This document shows positions 1 to 7,487 of a stretch of DNA of 24,000 nt, piece after piece. This DNA comes from Candidatus Wolframiiraptor sinensis (GTDB lineage: Archaea > Thermoproteota > Nitrososphaeria_A > Caldarchaeales > Wolframiiraptoraceae). The notes under the pieces were generated by a model. The model did not search any database. It was not told where the DNA came from and saw nothing but the letters and a program-made list of their open reading frames with translations. Positions within the stretch are counted from its first letter, which is position 1; each line of letters opens with the position of its first letter. The stretch lies in contig JALNKA010000004.1 in the NCBI GenBank assembly GCA_023261815.1, forward strand, positions 22,080 through 46,079, read 5' to 3'. A program made the translations under genes and the position numbers.

Positions 1-321
1 CACGGGATTTGATCAGAGAGACGCGACAGGCGCCGTGAAAATCTTCACGTTACCATTCCAGCTATACAGCAAGAAGGGAAGATAAGCTCCAACGAGCTCG
101 CAAAATAGGCCTTCCAATCCCAAATATCTCCATTCATTTCATTTTCATTTTCATTGCATTCTATTCTAAAACTACCTGCATCTTCCAAACTTAATCCGAG
201 AAACGCGTGAGCATTAAAAACACGTGCCTCAAATTCCCGCAAGCTCGCCTTCGATTCATAGCTTTCCCGATTTCCTGCGAGGACACACCTCCCAGTCTGA
301 ATGCTGGTGGGGTGCTTTTAT

Positions 322-395
322 TGGGCCCGGTGGGATTCGAACCCACGACCACCCGGTTATGAGCCGGGCGCTCCGCCAGGCTGAGCTACGGGCCC
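322..395 (-). tRNA. tRNA-Met (anticodon CAT), elongator type; tRNA-Ile2 (CAU) not excluded
   Basis: The reverse complement folds into a 74-nt cloverleaf. Acceptor GGGCCCG/CGGGCCC, D arm GCTC-AGCCTGGCG-GAGC, anticodon arm CCCGG-CTCATAA-CCGGG, variable TGGTC, T arm GTGGG-TTCGAAT-CCCAC, discriminator A. It lacks the A1:U72 pair and the GGG/CCC anticodon-stem signature of archaeal initiators. CCA is not encoded. Confidence 0.9.
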
Positions 396-435
396 CTGTT
401 TAATCATCGTTTTTCGCCTGGATTTAATGGTTACT

Positions 436-1230
436 TTAGGCTGAGAGATATCCGCCATCGACTGGGATTATTGCGCCGGTCATGTAAGAGGAGAGGTCGC
501 TTGCGAGAACTAGGGCTATCCTCGCGACCTCATCGGGACTTCCCAGCCTGTTCAGGGGGATTCTATGCATGAACTCTGCAGCTGTCTTGATTAACTCGAA
601 TCTAAATTTGAGGATCTGCTTTGCCGTCTCCTTAAACCCCTTCGTCATTATGCCTCCCGGTATGATCGCGTTGATCCTGAATCCACGCTTACCATACTCT
701 TTCGCCAAGCTTCTCGTGAGAGCTATTACTCCGGCCTTGCTGATCGCGTAATGCGTTAGATCCTTAGCGATGGGTAAGATGGCCTCTATCGAGCTCACGT
801 TCACGATCACGCCGCCCTTATCCAGCCTCCTTCTAATCATCTCCTGGCACATCCAGAAGACCGCGTCCAAATTTATGCTGATGACCTTCCTGAGGAACCC
901 CTCATCAACCTCCAGGAAGCTCTTGAATGGATAGATCCCGGCGTTATTAACCAAGATGTCAGGTTCTCTCCCACTCAGCTCATTCCAGAGATTGATGATG
1001 CTCGCTCTGCTGGATAAATCGATGACATGCAGATTCACCTCGACTTTGAAGTTCGCCAATCTCTCCATAACCCTCCCGAGCTCCTCCTCATTTATATCAA
1101 CGAGCTCTAGATCCGCCCCAGCCTCGGCGAAGCGATAAGCCACCGCCTCACCGATCCCCGCAGCGGCACCGGTTATTAGAGCCCTCTTGCCCCTCAACGA
1201 TATAAGCTCTGAAAGAGACTTAAGCTCCAT
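436..1230 (-). CDS. Short-chain dehydrogenase/reductase (classical SDR), substrate unknown
   Basis: 264-aa ORF with the Rossmann motif TGAAAGIG (TGxxxGxG), the NNAG motif (LVNNAGI), the catalytic Ser...YxxxK (SSIEA...YAISKAG) and the IIPGGI PG motif. Confidence 0.9.
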   Translation of the reverse strand: MELKSLSELISLRGKRALITGAAAGIGEAVAYRFAEAGADLELVDINEEELGRVMERLANFKVEVNLHVIDLSSRASIINLWNELSGREPDILVNNAGIYPFKSFLEVDEGFLRKVISINLDAVFWMCQEMIRRRLDKGGVIVNVSSIEAILPIAKDLTHYAISKAGVIALTRSLAKEYGKRGFRINAIIPGGIMTKGFKETAKQILKFRFELIKTAAEFMHRIPLNRLGSPDEVARIALVLASDLSSYMTGAIIPVDGGYLSA

Positions 1231-1270
1231 GCCAGATTAAGATCATCAAATAGGCTGCAAATAAGTATGA

Positions 1271-1345
1271 TGCTCCGGCCGGGATTTGAACCCGGGTCAC
1301 GGGCTCGAAAGGCCCGTATACTTGTCCGGGCTATACTACCGGAGC
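1271..1345 (-). tRNA. tRNA-Glu (anticodon TTC)
   Basis: The reverse complement gives a 75-nt cloverleaf. Acceptor GCTCCGG/CCGGAGC, anticodon arm CGGGC-CTTTCGA-GCCCG, T arm CCGGG-TTCAAAT-CCCGG, discriminator A. The D stem is weak (GUAU/GUAU with G.U pairs). Confidence 0.88.
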
Positions 1346-1910
1346 CCGATTAATGCCTGACATCGCGCCCTTTATGAATACTTTTCGCCCGGCTTCCCGC
1401 GATGCGGCAGAATTTTTCCGGAAGAAGTTTAATGGATCACGTGAGCCCATAAATCACATGGTCTATCCGCTCTTAGGTAGGTAGCGTCATGGAGACTAAT
1501 GTGCTTATCATGGGCTCAATCTCGAGCTCGCCATCTCTTGATGATTCTTTCGAAGAATCTTCAAAAATCTTCTCCAGCTTACATCTCCTAGGAGACCATG
1601 CCTCATGCGTCAAGTTATCGAGTTATGATTTTAAGTGCTTCTACTTTCTGGTGGAAAGCTGCATCCTAAAATCAAAAAGTCTCCAAGGAAGATGGAAAAG
1701 AGTGCTTAGGGGGAGAGCGTCTGGATGGTTCTTAGCCCGCATCTAAAGACCGCCACTCTTCTATAGGAGCATCAAATCTCACGCCACGGGTCTCATCAGG
1801 GCTTTTATCCTGCCCCTCCATCCGCATAGACCCCACCGCAGGTTTAAGGATTCTTAGTAACCTTCTCAGCCCCTCCCTCCTACACCTAACCCTCGGCGGG
1901 TTATATCCTT

Positions 1911-2378
1911 ATGAGCGAGCTTCAGCATCTCTTTTCGGGAGAATCGAGGTTGTCGGCGATAGTCTCTAAAAGGTTTTCGGATGAGCTCTCGGCGCTGATC
2001 GGCAAGAGAATTAGGGTCATCCTCTCGAGCGGTGCATGCTTTGAGGGAACTGTGGCCGCTCTGAACCCGGGCGATTACAGCATCTGGCTCTCGGATGTGA
2101 GGGAGAAGGATGGCGGAATCTATGATAAGGTCTTCATCTCGGGCAGGAGCATAGAATGCTTGTTCGTGCTGGAGGCTGGACCCGACCTATCCAAGCTCGC
2201 CGAAAGGCTCAACAAAGTCTTCCCGAACATGGTCCGTTACATCAAGGAAGCGGACGTGATTCTCGTGATGGATAGGATTAGGGTCACGAGAGATGGAGTA
2301 GTCGAGGGAACCGGCCCGGCCGCTGAGCGCGTGAAGAAGATCTATGAGGAGTGGCTGAGCGAGGAGGCGAAGGTGTGA
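1911..2378 (+). CDS. Sm-like (LSm) fold protein with C-terminal extension (SmAP3-like architecture)
   Basis: 155-aa ORF. The N-terminal region matches the Sm1/Sm2 pattern: LIGKRIRVILSSGACFEGTVAALNPGDYSIWLSDV, then KVFISGRSIECLFV. About 65 further residues have no motif I recognise. The start is uncertain: a TATA-like TTATAT lies only about 8 nt before ATG 1911, and an in-frame TTG at 1950 is possible. Confidence 0.55.
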   Translation: MSELQHLFSGESRLSAIVSKRFSDELSALIGKRIRVILSSGACFEGTVAALNPGDYSIWLSDVREKDGGIYDKVFISGRSIECLFVLEAGPDLSKLAERLNKVFPNMVRYIKEADVILVMDRIRVTRDGVVEGTGPAAERVKKIYEEWLSEEAKV

Positions 2379-2465
2379 GGACCGGCATGAAGCTGGAGCA
2401 AAATCAGAGCTCAAGAAGTAAAACTTAGATTAAAAAGGCGCCTTATAAGAATTTTTTATCAGGGC

Positions 2466-3410
2466 TTGGATATAAGAGTTGTTGATGTCTTCGCTGGGTG
2501 CGGTGGCTTCAGCCTGGGTTTCGGCGAAGCCGTGAAGGCGGCGATAGAGAATCACCCCCACGTAGTCAAGACCTACATGCGGAATTTTCCATGGGTCTCG
2601 GTGTTCCCCGAGGATGCTAAGCGTGTTTGCGGCAGGTTCATACTGGATGTTTTGGGCGGCGAGGTCGATGTCGTCATAGGCGGCCCGCCATGCGAGCCAT
2701 TCACCAGCATGAATAAGGGGCGGAAGAAGGATCCTCTCGATAGGCTTTTGAGCGATCCTCAGGGCAGGCTTGTGATGGAGTTTATCAGGCTCGTGGAGGA
2801 GCTTAGGCCCAAGATATTCATCATGGAGAACGTGCATGAGCTGGTGGAGGAGCCGCTTGGAAGCCTCCTCAAGAAGTTCTTCGCGAGAATAGGCTACGAG
2901 GCTCATTTCAACTTCATTGAGGCGCACCGCTACGGTGTCCCTTCAAAGAGATACCGGGTATTCATCTCGAATATACGGCTGGATCTCTCGGGGATGGAGG
3001 AGAGGCCGAAGAGCGTTGAGGAGGCATTATCGGGTCTCGGAAACTTCGGCGAGGTTCCCAATCACGTCCCCATCAAAGTAGGCAAGATCAAGCTGAGAAG
3101 GATCAGCAGGCTGAAATGGGGGGAAGCCCTCTACGCATTCAAGGGCTCCTCGGGTAAGATCTACAGGAACTGGGTGAGGCTTCATCCAAAGCATATCGCT
3201 CCTACAATTCATGGAAGATCGCGCTTCATCCACCCATATGAGGATAGGCTACTGACCGTGAGGGAGCAAGCTAGGCTGATGAGCTTCCCCGATAACCACG
3301 TCCTCTTCGGGGGAGTAAATGTTCAATTCGATCAGGTTGGCGAGGCGGTTCCACCGCTCCTAGCGAAGAAGATAGCTAAGCTAGTCTTCGATAAGCTGAA
3401 TGAGCTTTAA
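2466..3410 (+). CDS. C5 cytosine methyltransferase (Dcm/PF00145-type fold), orphan, atypical motif residues
   Basis: 314 aa with the motifs in canonical order: I DVFAGCGGFSLGF, II/III IENHPHVVKTYMRNF, IV GGPPCEPFT, VI FIMENV, VIII YGVPSKRYRVF, IX TVREQARLMSFPD, X GEAVPPLLA. TTG 2466 is the only start codon between the upstream in-frame stop (2388..2390) and motif I. Confidence 0.85.
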   Translation: MDIRVVDVFAGCGGFSLGFGEAVKAAIENHPHVVKTYMRNFPWVSVFPEDAKRVCGRFILDVLGGEVDVVIGGPPCEPFTSMNKGRKKDPLDRLLSDPQGRLVMEFIRLVEELRPKIFIMENVHELVEEPLGSLLKKFFARIGYEAHFNFIEAHRYGVPSKRYRVFISNIRLDLSGMEERPKSVEEALSGLGNFGEVPNHVPIKVGKIKLRRISRLKWGEALYAFKGSSGKIYRNWVRLHPKHIAPTIHGRSRFIHPYEDRLLTVREQARLMSFPDNHVLFGGVNVQFDQVGEAVPPLLAKKIAKLVFDKLNEL

Positions 3411-3446
3411 GCAGGAGCAGGCAGCGCGTTAGATTTGCAGTGGAGA

Positions 3447-3734
3447 TTACTCGGTTTTCTTCTTCTCTTCGGCTTCCTCTGGAAGCATGACGTGGATGAT
3501 CCCATTGGAGTCCTTCCTGATCAGGACTCTTATTCTTCTCGGGGGCTTCTCGGCGCCGCGACTCCAGACGAGTTCATTGACGCCGTTGGATATTCTTACC
3601 TCCTCGCCCTTCATGTGCCTCTGAGCGAATTTTTTGATTAGGCTTATCGCCTTCTTAGCCCTCCTCGTTCTAGAGGCCTCATAAGCATCTTTCAAGGGGA
3701 TTACATAGATCCTCTCCACAACGGTCTCGCTCAT
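3447..3734 (-). CDS. rpl31e: 50S ribosomal protein L31e
   Basis: 95-aa basic protein (IYVIPLKDAY...RRAKKAI..IKKFAQRHMK...VRISNGVNELVWSRGAEKPPRRIRV) typical of the L31e family. It sits in the conserved L39e-L31e arrangement. Confidence 0.92.
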   Translation of the reverse strand: MSETVVERIYVIPLKDAYEASRTRRAKKAISLIKKFAQRHMKGEEVRISNGVNELVWSRGAEKPPRRIRVLIRKDSNGIIHVMLPEEAEEKKKTE

Positions 3735-3748
3735 ATCACTCCACGCCC

Positions 3749-3901
3749 CTAGGTCTTGATCTTACTCCTTCTCCAATGCCTTCTCTTAACGTGGAACCTG
3801 ACCCTTCCCTTAGTCTTCATGATGACCCAGCTGGGAACAGGCCAAGCCCTCTTCATCGCTTTAGCCAGCTTCTTCTTCAAGACGAGCGTCCTGATAGTCA
3901 T
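3749..3901 (-). CDS. rpl39e: 50S ribosomal protein L39e (50 aa, absent from the supplied ORF track)
   Basis: Hand translation of the minus strand gives MTIRTLVLKKKLAKAMKRAWPVPSWVIMKTKGRVRFHVKRRHWRRSKIKT*, with ATG at 3901..3899 and TAG at 3751..3749. This matches the L39e pattern (KKxLAKAxKxNxxVPxWVxxKTxxRVxxxxKRRHWRRxKLK). A GGAGG lies 7 nt upstream of the ATG. The gene sits between the PDCD5-like gene and L31e, as in other archaea. Confidence 0.9.
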   Translation of the reverse strand: MTIRTLVLKKKLAKAMKRAWPVPSWVIMKTKGRVRFHVKRRHWRRSKIKT

Positions 3902-3970
3902 CGGCTTTCCTCCCGGGCATAACGGCTTCCCCCGAGCTTCACATAAACATTATCCTCGATCTCCGGGGGG

Positions 3971-4294
3971 CTAGAGCCTCCTGATCCTTATCTCGCGCTT
4001 GGACGTGATTCTCGCTAAAATCTCCTTGAGCACTTCATCCGTGATGGGCAGAGGAACTCTCCCGGAGTTCGCGAGCTGAATTAGCTGCTCCTCGAGCTGT
4101 GCGACGAGCTCGGGCTTTACGAGCCTCAGGTTCGCCAGCCTCTGGCGCGCCTCCGACGTCAGGATCACCCTCATGGCCGCCTGTCTCTCCGCCTCCCTCC
4201 TGATCCTCTCCTCTTCAGCCATCTTCCTCTGGAGCTCGGCCATTCTCGCGGCCTTCAGCTTCTCGAGCTCCTCATCGCTCATATCCGCGGACAT
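3971..4294 (-). CDS. PDCD5/TFAR19-family double-stranded DNA-binding protein
   Basis: 107 aa with an acidic/basic coiled N-terminus (EELEKLKAARMAELQRK), then ILTSEARQRLANLRLVKPELVAQLEEQLIQLANSGRV...ITDEVLKEIL. This is typical of the archaeal PDCD5-like protein encoded next to L39e/L31e. Confidence 0.85.
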   Translation of the reverse strand: MSADMSDEELEKLKAARMAELQRKMAEEERIRREAERQAAMRVILTSEARQRLANLRLVKPELVAQLEEQLIQLANSGRVPLPITDEVLKEILARITSKREIRIRRL

Positions 4295-4447
4295 GAGCAG
4301 CAGTCCTCCAAGAAATCTCCAGCGCGAGCTGCCTTAATAGCTTCTCCTCGCAAAAGAATATCCTCACTCGAGCGGGTGCCACGAGCGTGCGCAGGATAGC
4401 CTGATCCGCGCGCCATGGCCGAGCTTCTCGAGACTAATAATTGGACT

Positions 4448-4476
4448 ATACACGAATATGTAAAATATTCGTGTAT
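4448..4476. promoter_or_regulatory. Perfect 12-bp inverted repeat (putative transcription-factor operator) upstream of the ABC-operon promoter
   Basis: ATACACGAATAT (4448..4459), spacer GTAAA, ATATTCGTGTAT (4465..4476). The two arms are exact reverse complements. The right arm ends 12 nt before the TATA-like box at 4489. Confidence 0.5.
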
Positions 4477-4488
4477 CGGTTCAGAATA

Positions 4489-4497
4489 TTTTAAATA
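4489..4497 (+). promoter_or_regulatory. TATA-box-like element for the ABC importer operon
   Basis: TTTTAAATA is centred about 31 nt upstream of ATG 4524, in an AT-rich spacer. This is consistent with an archaeal promoter giving a leaderless or short-leader mRNA. Confidence 0.4.
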
Positions 4498-4523
4498 GGG
4501 TTGTAAAAAAGATCTAGTACGTC

Positions 4524-5864
4524 ATGAGATCCGGGAAGATCTCTAGGAGGGCGTTTCTCGGAGTCGCGAGAAGTGCGGCGATAGCGGGGGTCGTAGCAGC
4601 CGGCGCTGTGGGAGCTTTAGCAGGCTATCTAGGAGGTTCCTCAGCCGCTCCTCCCAAGACCGTTACGACAACGATGACCGTCCCTGGAGTCGCTGAGCCG
4701 CTTAAGGTCGGCTACGTCTATGTCGGGCCTGTAGGAGATTATGGCTGGAGCTATGGCCATGATAGGGGTAGGCGATGGGCTGATGAGCACTTCGGCTTGC
4801 CCGTGAAGAGCTTCTACAGGGAGAGTGTCCCAGAGGCCGAGGTCGGCAGCGCGATAGAGACCCTAATAGATGAGGGGGCGAAGCTAATCTTCACCACCAG
4901 CTTCGGCTACATGGATGCGACGGCCGAGTATGCTGAGAAGTATCCAGACCGCTACTTCGTCCACATAAGTGGATACAGGAGCGGAGCCGCTGGAAATGCT
5001 CCGGAGAACATGAGCTCGGCCTTCGCGGAGTTCTATCAGCTCTATTACCTGAATGGTCTCGCGGCAGGCGCTGTAACCGAGACCGGCGTGATAGGCTATG
5101 TTGGCGCGTATCCGATACCTGAGGTCGTCCGGCACATAAACGCCTTCGTCCTCGGAGCAAACTACGCTTACAAGAAGAGGACTGGAAAGAACATCAAGGC
5201 TCACGTGAACTGGATATTCAAATGGGTTGGCCCCGATGATGCTAGGAAAGCGGCAATCGCCTTAGTCGAGGAGAAGAACTGCGATGTCCTCGCGTTCACT
5301 GAGGACACCCCAGCGGTTCTGCAGGTCGCAGAGGAATACCAGAAGAAGGGTAGGAAGGTTTGGAGTTTCAGCCACTATAGCGACATGAGGGAGTATGGGC
5401 CGAATGCCCACCTCACGGGCCAGATAGCGAACTGGGGCCCGATCTACCTCGACTTCTACAGGATGGTCGCGACAAATAGCTGGAGGTCCGTCGACATCTG
5501 GACGAGGATCGGCGACTACACGCCATATAAGTGGAGGAGGCCGGTCGAGCAGAGCACGGCCGGCCAGCCTGAGGGGACAGTGTACCTCGCTCCGCTACAT
5601 CCCGCGATTCCGAGCGAGTGGCAGCTGCTGATAAAGCAGAGGTATGAGGAGATGAAGGAGCTTCTATTCGAGCCGTTCAGCGTCGAGGGCAATCTCGGCG
5701 AGCCGATAAGAGACCAAGATGGAGAGGTCATGATAGATCGAGATAAGATAATCGTCAGCAAGGCGAGCGGAGAGGTCAGGAGCGGCGGAAGAGCGGATCA
5801 CGACGCTCTATGGAGCATGGACTGGTTTGTGGAGTACATCGAGGAGCCCCTGCCGAAACTCTAG
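4524..5864 (+). CDS. BMP-family (Bmp/PnrA-like) ABC transporter substrate-binding protein with Tat-like signal
   Basis: 446 aa. The N-terminus has a twin-arginine motif (SRRAFLG) plus a hydrophobic segment. The mature part, LKVGYVYVGPVGDYGWSYGHDRG..., resembles the basic-membrane-protein / nucleoside-binding family. It is the first gene of a 4-gene ABC operon. Confidence 0.8.
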   Translation: MRSGKISRRAFLGVARSAAIAGVVAAGAVGALAGYLGGSSAAPPKTVTTTMTVPGVAEPLKVGYVYVGPVGDYGWSYGHDRGRRWADEHFGLPVKSFYRESVPEAEVGSAIETLIDEGAKLIFTTSFGYMDATAEYAEKYPDRYFVHISGYRSGAAGNAPENMSSAFAEFYQLYYLNGLAAGAVTETGVIGYVGAYPIPEVVRHINAFVLGANYAYKKRTGKNIKAHVNWIFKWVGPDDARKAAIALVEEKNCDVLAFTEDTPAVLQVAEEYQKKGRKVWSFSHYSDMREYGPNAHLTGQIANWGPIYLDFYRMVATNSWRSVDIWTRIGDYTPYKWRRPVEQSTAGQPEGTVYLAPLHPAIPSEWQLLIKQRYEEMKELLFEPFSVEGNLGEPIRDQDGEVMIDRDKIIVSKASGEVRSGGRADHDALWSMDWFVEYIEEPLPKL

Positions 5865-5953
5865 CTGCAGGCGTTATGCTCTTAAACCCCCTCCCCCATT
5901 TTTCCTCGTCTCGCGCTTAACACTCATAGCGTATTGAGAGGGCGTGATTCGGG

Positions 5954-7480
5954 TTGGAAACGCTTGTTGAGCTCCGGGGAATAGTGAAGAAGTTCCCCGG
6001 CGTATTGGCCAATGATAGGGTGGATTTTGAGCTTAGGCGCGGCGAGGTTCATGCTCTCCTCGGCGAGAATGGAGCCGGGAAAACAACACTCATGAACATT
6101 CTCTACGGCCTCTATAGGCCCGATGAGGGGGAGATATACATACGCGGTAGAAGGGTTGAGCTCAGGTCTCCGAGGGATGCGATAAGCCTCGGTATAGGGA
6201 TGGTTCATCAGAACTTCAAACTCGTCGAGAGCCACACCGTTCTCGAGAACATCATCCTCGGGCTCAGGGAGAATGGTCTGAGAATAGATTTCGAGAGCCA
6301 TCGCAGGCGGATAACCGAGCTCGCCGAGAGATATGGATGGAGGATAGATCCGATGGCGAGGATCTGGCAGCTCTCAGCCGGAGAGAAGCAGCAGGTCGAA
6401 CTCCTCAAGATACTGTATCGGGGCGCCGAGATCTTGATACTGGATGAGCCGACATCCGTTCTGACGGTCCAAGAGACGCGGAGGCTTTTCGAGGCTTTGA
6501 GGAGGATGGCGGCTGAGGGCAAGGGCGTCATATTCATCACGCATAAGCTCAACGAGGTGATGGAGGTCAGCGATAGGGTTACCGTGATGAGAAAAGGAAA
6601 GGTCATCATCACGAAGGATACCCGGGAGACCACGAAGATGGAGCTCGCGAACTACATGATCGGGAGGCAGGTAATCTTCGGTCGAAGGGAAGCATCGTCA
6701 AAGCCCGGCGCCGTGGTCCTCAAGATACTGGACTTGAAGGTTTTGGGCGATAGGGGCTATCCGGCGGTTAACGGCGTCAGCCTAGAGGTTAGGAGCGGCG
6801 AGATACTCGGGGTAGCGGGGGTGAGCGGGAATGGTCAGGTCGAGCTCGCGGAAGCGATTGCGGGCCTGAGAAAGCCTATGGCCGGGAGAATCCTGCTGAA
6901 CGGCGTTGACGCCACGGGGATGGATGCCGGAAAAATGATAGAGCTTGGAGTGGCATACATCCCGCCCGAGGGAAATAAGCTGGGAATAGTGCCGGAGTTC
7001 AGGATAGTGGACAACCTCTTTCTCAAGGCTTACAGGTATCCGCCATACTCGAATAAGATTCTCCTGAACTGGAGGAGGATGCTCGGGAAGGCTAGGGAGC
7101 TCATCGAGGAATTCGGCGTGGTCACGCCGAGCGTGTTCTCTAAGGCCAAGTCGCTCTCAGGCGGAAACATCCAGAGGCTGATCCTCGCGAGGGAGCTCTC
7201 CGGAATCGTCGGCGGGGCTCCAAGACTCATAGTCGCCGCATACCCGACCAAAGGGCTCGACGTCGGCGCAACAGAGTTCGTCCACGACCTCCTCATGAGA
7301 TACAAGGAGATGGGATCCGGGATAATCTTCATCTCAGAAGATCTTGAGGAGCTTCTCCTACTCTCGGACAGGATAGCGGTCATGTCCGGTGGAAGGATAA
7401 GGGGTGTGCTCGCGAGGGAGGAGGCGGACGCCGAGAAAATAGGTCTCCTAATGTCCGAGGCAGCTATTCAGGCCGGGTGA
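5954..7480 (+). CDS. ABC transporter ATP-binding protein, duplicated cassette (nucleoside/sugar-type)
   Basis: 508 aa. Cassette 1 has Walker A GENGAGKTT, signature LSAGEKQ and Walker B ILILDEPT. Cassette 2 has GVSGNGQ, LSGGNIQ and a degenerate Walker B. TTG 5954 is the only start between the in-frame stop at 5945..5947 and the conserved N-terminus. Confidence 0.93.
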   Translation: METLVELRGIVKKFPGVLANDRVDFELRRGEVHALLGENGAGKTTLMNILYGLYRPDEGEIYIRGRRVELRSPRDAISLGIGMVHQNFKLVESHTVLENIILGLRENGLRIDFESHRRRITELAERYGWRIDPMARIWQLSAGEKQQVELLKILYRGAEILILDEPTSVLTVQETRRLFEALRRMAAEGKGVIFITHKLNEVMEVSDRVTVMRKGKVIITKDTRETTKMELANYMIGRQVIFGRREASSKPGAVVLKILDLKVLGDRGYPAVNGVSLEVRSGEILGVAGVSGNGQVELAEAIAGLRKPMAGRILLNGVDATGMDAGKMIELGVAYIPPEGNKLGIVPEFRIVDNLFLKAYRYPPYSNKILLNWRRMLGKARELIEEFGVVTPSVFSKAKSLSGGNIQRLILARELSGIVGGAPRLIVAAYPTKGLDVGATEFVHDLLMRYKEMGSGIIFISEDLEELLLLSDRIAVMSGGRIRGVLAREEADAEKIGLLMSEAAIQAG

Positions 7481-7487
7481 ACGCGCG

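Noticed and set aside
131-160. Imperfect CATT/CATTT/CATTTT microsatellite (about 6 units).
   Set aside because: It is too short and irregular to be a CRISPR array or a structured repeat. It is probably simple slippage in non-coding DNA.
45-242. 65-aa minus-strand ORF (TTG start) next to tRNA-Met. It overlaps a possible plus-strand gene 3' end (frame 2, ...AVKIFTLPFQLYSKKGR*, stop at 83..85).
   Set aside because: No recognisable motif in either reading. The region is AT-rich with a microsatellite, and the two candidates overlap. I cannot support either as a gene from sequence alone.
1489-1746. 85-aa plus-strand ORF in the tRNA-Glu / Sm-like spacer.
   Set aside because: It has a Ser/Leu/Cys-rich low-complexity composition, low GC, no motif and no plausible promoter spacing. 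I treated it as non-coding (see the finding on the gap).
2430-2927. 165-aa ORF antisense to the methyltransferase. Similar long antisense or alternate-frame ORFs occur at 6208..6633, 7030..7383, 7721..8314, 8599..8964, 9043..9405, 16699..17229, 17350..17909, 18401..19228, 21127..21546, 22193..23934 and elsewhere.
   Set aside because: All lie inside strongly supported genes, are Arg/Pro/Ser/Gly-rich as expected for shadow frames in GC-rich coding DNA, and carry no motifs.
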